From: a virus
Direction: 5' to 3' (one strand)
Virus record (IMG/VR): IMGVR_UViG_3300020186_000001
Coordinates: 44,330 to 108,329 of that record
DNA: 64,000 nt
The position numbers and the translations under genes were made by a program. Positions 19,599-28,147 of the stretch are shown one piece after another (positions within the stretch are counted from its first letter, which is position 1; every line of letters starts with the position of its first letter). Below the pieces are notes generated by a model. The model saw nothing but the letters and a program-made list of their open reading frames with translations. It was not told where the DNA came from and did not search any database.

Positions 19599-20216
19599 TT
19601 AGTCCCCCAGGATATCTGCCAGATCGTCATCGGCTGACTTGGACTTAGATTTTGCCTTCTCAACTGCAAGTTTTGCGGCTGCAAGTTTTGACTTAGAATC
19701 AGTCTTCGGTTCGGCTTTTGGTTTAGGAGCAACCTTTGGAGCGGCAGGAGCGGAAGCCTCAGATGGATTGAATTGCTCTTCGACTTTAGTTTTAAATTCA
19801 GAACTTGCTCTCAATGTCAAATACTCAGTTGAAGTCTGGGATGCTAGACCTGAGAACTTTGATTCGCCGATGGCAGTCTTCAGCTTTTCAGCACTGAAGT
19901 TGCAAGCGTTAAGAATTGTTGCAAGAGTGACGTGGCCTGATTCTACTAACTCAAGAATTTTGTCGGTATCAAACTTCCAGTTCGCCCTCGAAGTATAGAT
20001 CACCGATCCTTGATCACACTTGAATCCTTTTCCCATGTCGATCTCAAAGCCATCATCGTTTTTTTCAAGGTAGGCAATGATCTCGCCCTTGTCAGCCTTG
20101 AAGAGGTCTTCATACTTTGAAGACAAGGCTTGATCGGTAAACGCTCGAATTAGAATCTCATCGAGTTTTTGAGGAACACTGTTTGAATCTTTTTTTCCGC
20201 CGCGATTGATAGTCAT
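19599..20216 (-). CDS. Hypothetical early protein with K/A/P-rich linker and acidic tip
   Basis: AAGGAG RBS upstream; below promoter copy 5. Confidence 0.7.
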   Translation of the reverse strand: MTINRGGKKDSNSVPQKLDEILIRAFTDQALSSKYEDLFKADKGEIIAYLEKNDDGFEIDMGKGFKCDQGSVIYTSRANWKFDTDKILELVESGHVTLATILNACNFSAEKLKTAIGESKFSGLASQTSTEYLTLRASSEFKTKVEEQFNPSEASAPAAPKVAPKPKAEPKTDSKSKLAAAKLAVEKAKSKSKSADDDLADILGD

Positions 20217-20246
20217 GATGATGAATCTCCTTGTTTGTTATTTAAT

Positions 20247-20274
20247 ACATCGTACTTTTTCGTATGAAACTTTA
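20247..20274 (-). promoter_or_regulatory. sigma28-like promoter, copy 5
   Basis: TAAAGTTT-CATACGAAAAAG-TACGATGT. Confidence 0.7.
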
Positions 20275-20298
20275 ATAAATCTTAATACCCCAATCAAA

Positions 20299-20556
20299 TC
20301 AGGTCACTTTGTTGTTCTTAATAATTTCAGTGAGGCGGTGTATCTCGATCTTAATAGCCGAGAAATATTCGTTTCTTGCTTCTTTGAGTGATCTGAAGCC
20401 GTAAAAGTCGAAATTGTCCTTGCGAACTCGATACAGGGTTTGACAGTCGCGTTCTAGCTTGGTGAAGGTGTCGCCAGTTTGAACCTTGTATTTTTCGATT
20501 TCACCGTCAGTTAGGCGATTTAGGTTATAACGATAAAGTGTTGTTGGGGATTTCAT
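20299..20556 (-). CDS. Hypothetical early protein
   Basis: TAAGGAGG RBS. Confidence 0.7.
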   Translation of the reverse strand: MKSPTTLYRYNLNRLTDGEIEKYKVQTGDTFTKLERDCQTLYRVRKDNFDFYGFRSLKEARNEYFSAIKIEIHRLTEIIKNNKVT

Positions 20557-20591
20557 GAGAACCTCCTTAGTTGTGTTGATAACCCCTATAT

Positions 20592-20771
20592 TCAGACCTT
20601 TTTAATTTCGGTAAGAAGGTGAAACAGCTTATTTTCTGCCTCCCTTAGCCTTATAGAGAATGTTCTAGCTCCCTTGCCGTTTTTAGCATTCTTGCAAAGG
20701 TCTATAGCACGCAGCAGTGCTTGAATCTGACCTTCAGTTAGGATGCTCGTTTTGACTTTTTCGTAACCCAT
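20592..20771 (-). CDS. 59-aa hypothetical protein (ends LLTEIKKV)
   Basis: GAGG RBS; first gene after promoter copy 6; not in ORF track. Confidence 0.6.
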   Translation of the reverse strand: MGYEKVKTSILTEGQIQALLRAIDLCKNAKNGKGARTFSIRLREAENKLFHLLTEIKKV

Positions 20772-20814
20772 TGTTTACCTCACTTTGTTGGTTTAACCCC
20801 ACCTTATAATGCAT

Positions 20815-20842
20815 ACATCGTACTTTTGTGTATGAAACTTTA
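20815..20842 (-). promoter_or_regulatory. sigma28-like promoter, copy 6
   Basis: TAAAGTTT-CATACACAAAAG-TACGATGT. Confidence 0.7.
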
Positions 20843-20877
20843 GAGAATCTTAATACCCCAATAACACCAGGGCTTTA

Positions 20878-20899
20878 AAAGTTTCTACGTAGAAACTTT
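20878..20899. promoter_or_regulatory. Dispersed palindrome, copy 1 (22 bp, perfect)
   Basis: AAAGTTTCTAC|GTAGAAACTTT; overlaps the -35 of TTGCCG-N16-TATAAT upstream of the tRNA. Confidence 0.7.
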
Positions 20900-20930
20900 G
20901 CCGTAGATGCCGATGCCCTTATAATGGAAA

Positions 20931-21001
20931 GGCAGGGTGGAGAAGTGGTATCTTGCTAGGCTCATAATCTAGAGACGAGGGTTCAATTCCCTCCTCTGCA
21001 A
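20931..21001 (+). tRNA. tRNA-Met(CAT), initiator-like, no encoded CCA
   Basis: Full cloverleaf; anticodon CAT 20963-20965; T-loop TTCAATT; 1:72 mismatch. Confidence 0.85.
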
Positions 21002-21058
21002 CTGATCAGGCACAGACTTTGCAAGCAGACATTTCATAATCTTAAGAGGGAAAATGAA

Positions 21059-21316
21059 ATGCAACTGTCAAACGGCAAAGAAAAACGTGGATACGCCATT
21101 GTGCGGGACTTAGACGAATTAAGGCGTGAGGTAGAAGACGCACGCAGAGCCATCAGAAGCTCTCGCGAATTTGTACTAAAACCGTATCTAAATGACTCCA
21201 CTGGTCAAATAGACTTGACCAGGCGTGTCGCAGCAATCAAAGCAATTAGTCATTATGATAGGTTGATGCGGTCATATGAGTCTGATTGGGATGAAAAGCC
21301 TGCATACCTGGAATAG
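21059..21316 (+). CDS. Hypothetical protein
   Basis: GAGGG RBS; convergent with primase. Confidence 0.6.
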   Translation: MQLSNGKEKRGYAIVRDLDELRREVEDARRAIRSSREFVLKPYLNDSTGQIDLTRRVAAIKAISHYDRLMRSYESDWDEKPAYLE

Positions 21317-22345
21317 CTAGAACACCGGATCTTTGGCTCGTGCAATAATTTCAGACAACTCTTCAGACTTGTAGGCGAAGCTTCCTGGATCTCTTTTTTC
21401 GGGGAGCTTCGCACATCTCACCTTAAAGCCGTAGCCTCTTAAAAGATCAACCGCATTCTGCATAGAGCAAGGTTTGATCAAATGCCCATCTTTGCGTCTC
21501 CTGGAATCAATCCATGCGTCTGAGTCCCAGGCCAAAATGATCTCTTTGATCTTGGCCTCTTTCAGAAATTCGCACTGCTCTGGATGAAGCTTTTTGCCAT
21601 TAGTCGCCATCGCGTGTGGGCCTATTTTAGTGGCATCAATAAAGCCTTCCGCAAGCACCACGGTCTCATAGTTCTTAGCGACATCGTAGTTGTAGAGGAC
21701 GCTTCTAGCTGAGACTCCCTTGGGGTTTAAGACCTTTTTGAAGTCCTTATTACCTGGATCCTCCCACGTAGCACGAGCTTGCCAGAACACAAGTCGGTTG
21801 TTCATGAAGTACGGAATTATGATGCGATCCTTGCAGAACCCAGCATCACAGGTTCCCCAATCACTTCTCGCTGCATACTTCCATGGGATTAGACGCTTCT
21901 CAAGGTAACTGTTCGGACCTTCAATCGGCATGTATCCATATGGTAACTCTACGTCTCTTAACGGATCTTCTTCGGATTCATCTGGCTTATATCTAGGCCA
22001 AGATATCGTGAGACTCATCATATCCATGGGATCGTTTAGCTTTCCCTTGAGAAATCGGATTGCTTGCTCAAGTGTCGTCTTGCAGATAGTTTGAACAAGC
22101 TTAAGAAGACTTCCACTCCACTTGCACCTGTAACAATGAAACGCAGCAGACTCGGCATTGATCCAAAGTTTCTTGTTTGTGTCGAGTGTCGGCTCACCGC
22201 GTTCATGGCACTTCGGACAGTTGATCTGGTATTCCTTGTGATCTCCAGAATCAGAAACACGCCATTCAAGCTCGCGTTCAACCAAAAACTCTTCAAGGTT
22301 GAAGTTGGGATAGAGTGTAAAAAATGAAAGAGACGCTTCCATCAT
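21317..22345 (-). CDS. DNA primase (Zn finger plus TOPRIM)
   Basis: CPKC...CYRC; LAEGFIDA; AWDSD; RDPG. Confidence 0.88.
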   Translation of the reverse strand: MMEASLSFFTLYPNFNLEEFLVERELEWRVSDSGDHKEYQINCPKCHERGEPTLDTNKKLWINAESAAFHCYRCKWSGSLLKLVQTICKTTLEQAIRFLKGKLNDPMDMMSLTISWPRYKPDESEEDPLRDVELPYGYMPIEGPNSYLEKRLIPWKYAARSDWGTCDAGFCKDRIIIPYFMNNRLVFWQARATWEDPGNKDFKKVLNPKGVSARSVLYNYDVAKNYETVVLAEGFIDATKIGPHAMATNGKKLHPEQCEFLKEAKIKEIILAWDSDAWIDSRRRKDGHLIKPCSMQNAVDLLRGYGFKVRCAKLPEKRDPGSFAYKSEELSEIIARAKDPVF

Positions 22346-23727
22346 GTCATTTTCTTCTTTCCTCTTCGGCCTTCTTTCATCCAGTCAAACTTAGTGTCAA
22401 TCGTTGGATCTGCGTGACCGTAAACCTTGGAGTAAAATATCATCTTTTCAAAGTTGGTTAGCAGATGGATTGTTTTCTCAGTGTCATTGCTTCGGTAAAT
22501 ATCAACATGAAGCCTAAGCACTCCGTCTTTTTTCTCTTCTAGCGTTTGATTCAAAGTCATCACAAGATCTGCGATCCGCACCTTCTCATAACTTTCAGCA
22601 ATATCTTTGGACCTGAGAACTTCGCCCTTCTCCTTGGTGTCCTTTGGCCTAGTAGCCTGAGAGGCGGTCCAAATTGCAAACTTCTGCATAACCGCAAGCC
22701 TTTTAAGGTCTCGGTAAACTTCAGCTTGATCGTGTCGCAGCTCTTTTAACTTTTGACCTGATTTTAAAAGATCTGCATAGTCAATGACAACGAGATCCGG
22801 CTTCCTGCCAGCGTTTATAAGCTCTTTAAGCTTCGCTTCGATATCAAGAACTGTGTAATTCCAATGTTGATTGAACGGAATAAGATCCAGCTTTCTCATG
22901 TATTTCTTTGAAACAGCGTCAAGAAGCTTGCTTTCCTCTAGCGTGATCTCATCTTTCTCAAGCCTGTGATATTCAATTCCAGAGATGCGAGAAAGATAAC
23001 GCAAAATCGCTTGCTCCTTGGTCCCTTCAAGAACAAAGTGAGCGACCCTCCCCATCCTCATCATCACGGCTGTAGCACCCATGTGCGTGAGGCAAATTGA
23101 TTTACCTCGCTTTGGCTCTGCTAAGACAATACCAAGCTCTCCCTTCTCTAGGCCACCGCGTAGGATGTCATCCAGCGGCCCAATGTTGGTCGGCACTCTC
23201 CTAGTGCCTTTCGACATTTCGTTAATCATGAACTGACGTTCTTCTTCAAACTTCTCAATTGGAATAATTGCGTCATCTGTGTAGTTGATCGAATAAAGAT
23301 CGTTAATGCCAAGCATCGTGTAAGTGTAGGCATCGTCATATTGCAAAGAATTCCAAAGAGTCTGAGAAGTCTGAAACACATCAATGAAAGCATTCTTCTT
23401 TGAATACTCGGTCAACTTCTCTTTGATGAACTTCTCGTTATCTGGCTTCGATCCGCAAATACGCCGACAGAAGTGTTTGAGCATCTTTCTTTTGCGAGGC
23501 TCAATGGTCTTCAAGTGATCTTCAATCTCAATATAAGAAGTCAGCTCAGCCTTGGCCTCAAGCTTCTCTTTGATCCGGTTGAAAAGATATTTATGAGGCT
23601 CTGCGTAAAGCCTCTCTTCTGGAATGTATTTACAAACCTTTGCAGCAAACGAAGCGTCTCTCAACATCAAAGAAAGCATTTGACATTGAAACTCTTCACC
23701 AAAATGAAACTCCATCGCAGCTTTCAT
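22342..23727 (-). CDS. DnaB-like replicative helicase
   Basis: AEPKRGKS, VIDYADLL, WTASQ. Confidence 0.9.
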   Translation of the reverse strand: MKAAMEFHFGEEFQCQMLSLMLRDASFAAKVCKYIPEERLYAEPHKYLFNRIKEKLEAKAELTSYIEIEDHLKTIEPRKRKMLKHFCRRICGSKPDNEKFIKEKLTEYSKKNAFIDVFQTSQTLWNSLQYDDAYTYTMLGINDLYSINYTDDAIIPIEKFEEERQFMINEMSKGTRRVPTNIGPLDDILRGGLEKGELGIVLAEPKRGKSICLTHMGATAVMMRMGRVAHFVLEGTKEQAILRYLSRISGIEYHRLEKDEITLEESKLLDAVSKKYMRKLDLIPFNQHWNYTVLDIEAKLKELINAGRKPDLVVIDYADLLKSGQKLKELRHDQAEVYRDLKRLAVMQKFAIWTASQATRPKDTKEKGEVLRSKDIAESYEKVRIADLVMTLNQTLEEKKDGVLRLHVDIYRSNDTEKTIHLLTNFEKMIFYSKVYGHADPTIDTKFDWMKEGRRGKKKMT

Positions 23728-24245
23728 AATTCAGCCTGTCTTGCGTGCTCTCTTCTCTCAACATCAGAATGAACCTGAGATATAAACTGATCGTAAAGCT
23801 CTTCACCGTAAAGCGTGATCGTATTAAAGCTAGGTCTAAAGCTTCTTCTTTGAAAACCTTTGTGGATGCAAGCTATCATCATGTGCATATTATATTCGTT
23901 TTCTTCCATGTATTGAATTGCCCCCTCAATGACAGTGAGTTGACCTTTGGTTTTTACTTTGATTGGAGATAGGTCAAAATAGAACTCACGCCATTTATTC
24001 CAGCACTCAAGAAAGCCTCTAACAGAACGAAGCCTCTCATCGTGTTCGATAAGACTTTCGACTTTTGTTTCTACCTTTTTGTTTTTCTTAGCTACCGGCT
24101 TAATTAGTATGTTCTGAACAACAATCTTTTTTGCTAAGCATGAAAATCTGCTAGCCAGTTCTCTTGCAGCTTTTTCTGCGTCAAATGAATTTCCAGGCTC
24201 TCTCCGAGTGATTTCGATTTGCATAAGATGGATTGGTGTAGACAA
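23724..24245 (-). CDS. Hypothetical protein (possible helicase loader/initiator)
   Basis: Coupled to helicase. Confidence 0.55.
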   Translation of the reverse strand: MSTPIHLMQIEITRREPGNSFDAEKAARELASRFSCLAKKIVVQNILIKPVAKKNKKVETKVESLIEHDERLRSVRGFLECWNKWREFYFDLSPIKVKTKGQLTVIEGAIQYMEENEYNMHMMIACIHKGFQRRSFRPSFNTITLYGEELYDQFISQVHSDVERREHARQAEL

Positions 24246-24676
24246 TTTGCTTCCCTCTCTCTAAACATTTTCAATCTAATAATTTCACGAATGGAATAGC
24301 CCTCAACGTAAATATGCTGGTAAAGCCGATACTCTTTCTCGTTCAACAAAGTCTTCATGGTGAGATCAAAATCAACTCCCTCTTGATATGTGCCTGCCAG
24401 TTCTGGGAGTTCGCTCACATAATCAAGAGACGGCTTTGAACGCTCGTAATCGCCGATATCCATGAGATGATTGTTGACACAGGCGTATACCCAAGTTTTT
24501 ATCTTCGTGTTCTTTTTTGCGTCATACTTCCTAACAGCAATCTCTGCCGCGAGCCTCGCCTCTTGCAACAGATCATCGAATGTATTGTTTACTTGTGACG
24601 AAAAGTTCGTTTGCTTTCGCCGAAACTTATGCACCAGATAACAAAGAAGTTCATTCAGCTCGGTTGCTTCCATCAC
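24134..24676 (-). CDS. Phage-encoded sigma70-family sigma factor
   Basis: Region 2 DDLLQEARLA...KYDAKKNTKIKTWVYACVNNHL; region 4-like EGYSIREI. Confidence 0.82.
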   Translation of the reverse strand: MMEATELNELLCYLVHKFRRKQTNFSSQVNNTFDDLLQEARLAAEIAVRKYDAKKNTKIKTWVYACVNNHLMDIGDYERSKPSLDYVSELPELAGTYQEGVDFDLTMKTLLNEKEYRLYQHIYVEGYSIREIIRLKMFREREANCLHQSILCKSKSLGESLEIHLTQKKLQENWLADFHA

Positions 24677-24747
24677 GTCCCTAACAAGTCTTGGTGAATT
24701 TGGACTTCCAGCTTGCCTTAAATTTTTAAGTCAAAGCAAGTGATATT

Positions 24748-24806
24748 TGATCCACAGATTGATCCACAGGAGCAGCAACACCACATGTGGTGTGTGTTGT
24801 GGACAA
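24748..24806. promoter_or_regulatory. Three DnaA-box-like 9-mers flanking an NrdR-box-like palindrome
   Basis: TGATCCACA at 24748 and 24760, TGTGGACAA at 24798; ACACCACATGTGGTGT at 24778-24793. Confidence 0.5.
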
Positions 24807-24868
24807 CCCTTGTCTTTTAATATGGTGAAAAACCTGAGACGCTATTAGTAGCGTTGTGAATTGTTTTT

Positions 24869-25732
24869 CTACTCTAGGATGGTAATTCTGAACGCAGATT
24901 CTTTGCGGTATGATTTAAGTCTTTCCAAGCTATGATCACGAAGATGTCTTTGCCCTTCGATCATAAAATCATAAACTTCGGCTTTATCTTTGCCTTCATG
25001 TTTACGTAGTGTCCTACCGATGCCCTGCGATGTTTGAATCTCAGTCTTTTGACAACGGGCATTAATAAGAACATCAATTGTTGGAATATCTATACCTTCG
25101 CCAAAGATGTTAGTAGCGACAAGACATTTAAACCTTTTTTTAATAAACTCTGATTTAACACGCTCTCTATGATCGGTCGGATCGTCACCGCTTAAATATT
25201 CAGCATCATTACCAATCAGTCGCACAATGGCTCTACCATGCTCTTTGCGTCGAACTAGAATGAGTGTTTGCTTGCCCTCGGTGTATGCCTTGCTAATCGC
25301 GAGTCTGGCGATCTTAAGATTAAAACTTTCATCCTTGGTGATATACTCGTAAGCTCTCGCATAGCTACACTTCAAATTCGGCACAGTGTGTTTGATCATG
25401 GTTATATACGGCCTAACTAAATACCCCTCTTCAATCAGCTCACTTGTGGATTTCTTGAAGATTACCTGTGAAAGAACACCGTACATCTCCATATCAGATC
25501 CATCGGATCTCATGAAAGTCCCAGTGAACCCGTAGCGGTAGTAGGCACTGCGGCAATATGCGTTCACAGTTTTGTAGGTTTTCGCTGCGGAATTTGACAC
25601 TAATATGCCATTAGCAACAAAGTTGTGATTGCCTTCAACCTCTAGGTCGTAGACGTCAAAATCTCCACAAACTTCTTCAATCGAGACAATCCGTCCTTTG
25701 AGCAATTTTCCGGTATCCTGACAATTTTCCAT
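24869..25732 (-). CDS. SF2 helicase C-half preceded by a 47-aa C-intein
   Basis: TAAGGAGG-N5-ATG; VYDLEVEGNHNFVANGILVSN|SAAKTY; FTGT, GEGIDIP, QGIGR. Confidence 0.85.
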   Translation of the reverse strand: MENCQDTGKLLKGRIVSIEEVCGDFDVYDLEVEGNHNFVANGILVSNSAAKTYKTVNAYCRSAYYRYGFTGTFMRSDGSDMEMYGVLSQVIFKKSTSELIEEGYLVRPYITMIKHTVPNLKCSYARAYEYITKDESFNLKIARLAISKAYTEGKQTLILVRRKEHGRAIVRLIGNDAEYLSGDDPTDHRERVKSEFIKKRFKCLVATNIFGEGIDIPTIDVLINARCQKTEIQTSQGIGRTLRKHEGKDKAEVYDFMIEGQRHLRDHSLERLKSYRKESAFRITILE

Positions 25733-27054
25733 CCCAGCCTCCTTAGCCTTTCGCTCTTTCTTCGATCTGATTCTTCGCGACCTTTATGAGAGCTTCCATC
25801 AACTTCGATGGCGATCATGTGGCGTGGGATGGCCACATCGATCTTGTAATGATGTGGCCTCTCCTTGTCTCTCAGGGCCACTGAAAGCTCTGAGATGCTT
25901 TCTGGCAGCATCTTGGAGATACGATCCTGCGTCGGCGTGGTCCTGCCTCCGTTACCGTATTTGCCGCGACCGTAAGGGTTGTAGCTGCCATCGTCAATCA
26001 GCTTTTTAATCTTTTTGGATTGTCGTTTTCGAACTTCTAAAGAGCGATTTCTGTTTTGATCTCCAGCACGTCTGGAGAGATACTCTCTGTACTCCGTATT
26101 CAAACTTCTCTTCCGCATAGCCGCAGCATGAGTGCTGTATCCAAGAACCACCTCATCACCAACCTTCATCGAACCTATTTCAACTTTGCCATGCTCGGTG
26201 AGCATCTTATGCTTGCGAGTAATAAGAAGTTCTTTAATCTTCCCATCTTCATCTTGAATTTTAACCTTTAAAAGATCAGAAGATTTGTATTTGAAAGCGT
26301 TAGTAACAAGCCTGTTCTCCCATTCAGTCCCATTCCAAGATTTGACTTTTGTTTGAAATCCAGACACAACCCTATTGTAAATCCACTCAATTGACCTGTA
26401 TGCGCCATATCCTGCTGAAATCATTGTGTTTTTGGCGAGGCAGTGATGAAATTCGTCAATTACAAGCATATTGAAGCGGTGAAACATCGAAGGAGGCTTG
26501 TTTGCAAGAGATTGAATATTGGCGATCACAATAGAGGCGTCAGAGTCAACGCTGGTTGAGAGATGTTTCTCTTCGAACCACTCAGCATACGAGTCATACA
26601 TCTGCTGCCTGAGATTAGTGTCAGGCGTTACAACAAGGGTTTGAACGCCATGTTTGGCCACCATCATAGCACTGGTTAAAGTTTTACCACCACCTGTGCC
26701 AATAACGAGCACACCCCTTGAACGTCCCGTCTCAACTGCGGCCACTTGATAATCTCTCGGTGAGAAGGGCAGATTCAGCTTATAAGCGATTTTGTTCTTT
26801 GGGATAGACCTGACATCCACAAACCGATAAGCGAGGCTCTGTTGCTTTAAAAACTTCACCAGGATGGCAAGGAGTCCGGTCGGAAAGATCCCCTTCTTGT
26901 CCATGAGGTAAATGCGACCATCGCAATAGGGGTTTGCCTGTCTTGCGAAGAAGGCACCTGCCATCTCGTAGGAAAGAACCCTTGAAAGTTTGTTGATTAC
27001 TTTTTCATCAGCCACTACTTGAGAGTGAGCATTGTCAATCTTGATGTCAATCAC
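25642..27054 (-). CDS. SF2 (UvsW-like) helicase N-half fused to an N-intein and a Vsr/DUF559-like endonuclease
   Basis: PRDYQ, GTGGGKT, DEFHH|CLAKNT (Cys at 26442), ITRKH, IDVA...IEVDGSSH...D..K...L...GW. Confidence 0.88.
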   Translation of the reverse strand: MIDIKIDNAHSQVVADEKVINKLSRVLSYEMAGAFFARQANPYCDGRIYLMDKKGIFPTGLLAILVKFLKQQSLAYRFVDVRSIPKNKIAYKLNLPFSPRDYQVAAVETGRSRGVLVIGTGGGKTLTSAMMVAKHGVQTLVVTPDTNLRQQMYDSYAEWFEEKHLSTSVDSDASIVIANIQSLANKPPSMFHRFNMLVIDEFHHCLAKNTMISAGYGAYRSIEWIYNRVVSGFQTKVKSWNGTEWENRLVTNAFKYKSSDLLKVKIQDEDGKIKELLITRKHKMLTEHGKVEIGSMKVGDEVVLGYSTHAAAMRKRSLNTEYREYLSRRAGDQNRNRSLEVRKRQSKKIKKLIDDGSYNPYGRGKYGNGGRTTPTQDRISKMLPESISELSVALRDKERPHHYKIDVAIPRHMIAIEVDGSSHKGREESDRRKSERLRRLGWKIVRIPENCSKDGLSRLKKFVEILTSTT

Positions 27055-27404
27055 GTTCCCAGCCTGGTTTAGAGGTTCATATCAGACCATACCAGGTGAG
27101 TACCAAAGAGATCCAGAAGTTTATAGCTTTTAAGTCCTCAGTGAATCATTTAATTTCCATCAATGATGTAAATTTAAGCATTTTTTCTTTGTACTATTTT
27201 GTAATATCTTGTATGAAGTTCATTATTTAGGCAGTAAAAAAGAGGTCTTTTCTTTAACGATAATCTGGCTTTATACGATTTGTGTAAAATAGTGCTTGAC
27301 ACATTTTTCGTTATCCCCCCTTAATAATCCCCTAACCTTCTAACGCTTCGATTAACCATAGATAGCTTAAACGAACCAAAACACTTCCTGCTTCACTTGA
27401 AAAC

Positions 27405-27512
27405 CAATCAAACTCTCTGCCTTAAAAAACTGTTTCATTCTCTTCTCTTTTAGTTTTGTTTGTCTGCTTCAAAGACAATCAAACTCTCTACCTTAAAAAA
27501 CTGTTTCATTCT
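27405..27512. repeat. 37-bp direct repeat (two copies) in an AT-rich intergenic region (candidate origin)
   Basis: CAATCAAACTCTCT(G/A)CCTTAAAAAACTGTTTCATTCT at 27405 and 27476. Confidence 0.75.
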
Positions 27513-27752
27513 TGTTTCTTTTTATTCTTAAAGTTATCACCTTTTTTTTTACTCTTTTTTGTTTTTTTAAAAAACAGGTATATACCCTTCTCCAAAGCAT
27601 CCAATTCCTTTTTACCGTTTTAAGAAAAGAAGAATTCCCTTTCCTCTTAAAGATATTTCTTATTAATCTTATAATATCTTATCAAGCTTAAAGTATCATA
27701 ACAGTTATACAGTATTCTAAGAGAATAAAGATTGAATATTAGAATTGATTTC

Positions 27753-27781
27753 TAAAGATGTATGATCTTGTTGTACGATGT
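27753..27781 (+). promoter_or_regulatory. Possible rightward copy of the sigma28-like promoter
   Basis: TAAA-N17-TACGATGT; spacer longer than in other copies. Confidence 0.4.
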
Positions 27782-27838
27782 AAGAAAATGTAATAAATAA
27801 GATCTTAGGAATAGCTCATGATTTGATTTAGTTTAACT

Positions 27839-28147
27839 GTGAATGTAATTCAACCTTGGTTGTGGAAGAGAAGAGTGAATAAGTTTGATTTTAATGAATT
27901 AGAACGTCTAATGAAGCTTGCGACATATCACAATCTTTGTAATCCAGTAACAGATTGTGATTTGAATTTAATAGAGCACTTAAGAAAATCTCTTCCTGAG
28001 CTTGTTTCAGAGATTAAAGCTTCAAGAGATCTTGTTGAGAGGGTTCGCATGGTTGATCTTGACACATGGGAGCTTGTACACGCTCTGATGGAATACGATC
28101 TTGCGGTTGTGAAGCTAGTTCCATTGAAAGGGGAGTTATGGGGATGA
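27839..28147 (+). CDS. Hypothetical protein, paralog of 31604..31864
   Basis: PELVSEIKASR vs PALIAEIRASR. Confidence 0.6.
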   Translation: MNVIQPWLWKRRVNKFDFNELERLMKLATYHNLCNPVTDCDLNLIEHLRKSLPELVSEIKASRDLVERVRMVDLDTWELVHALMEYDLAVVKLVPLKGELWG

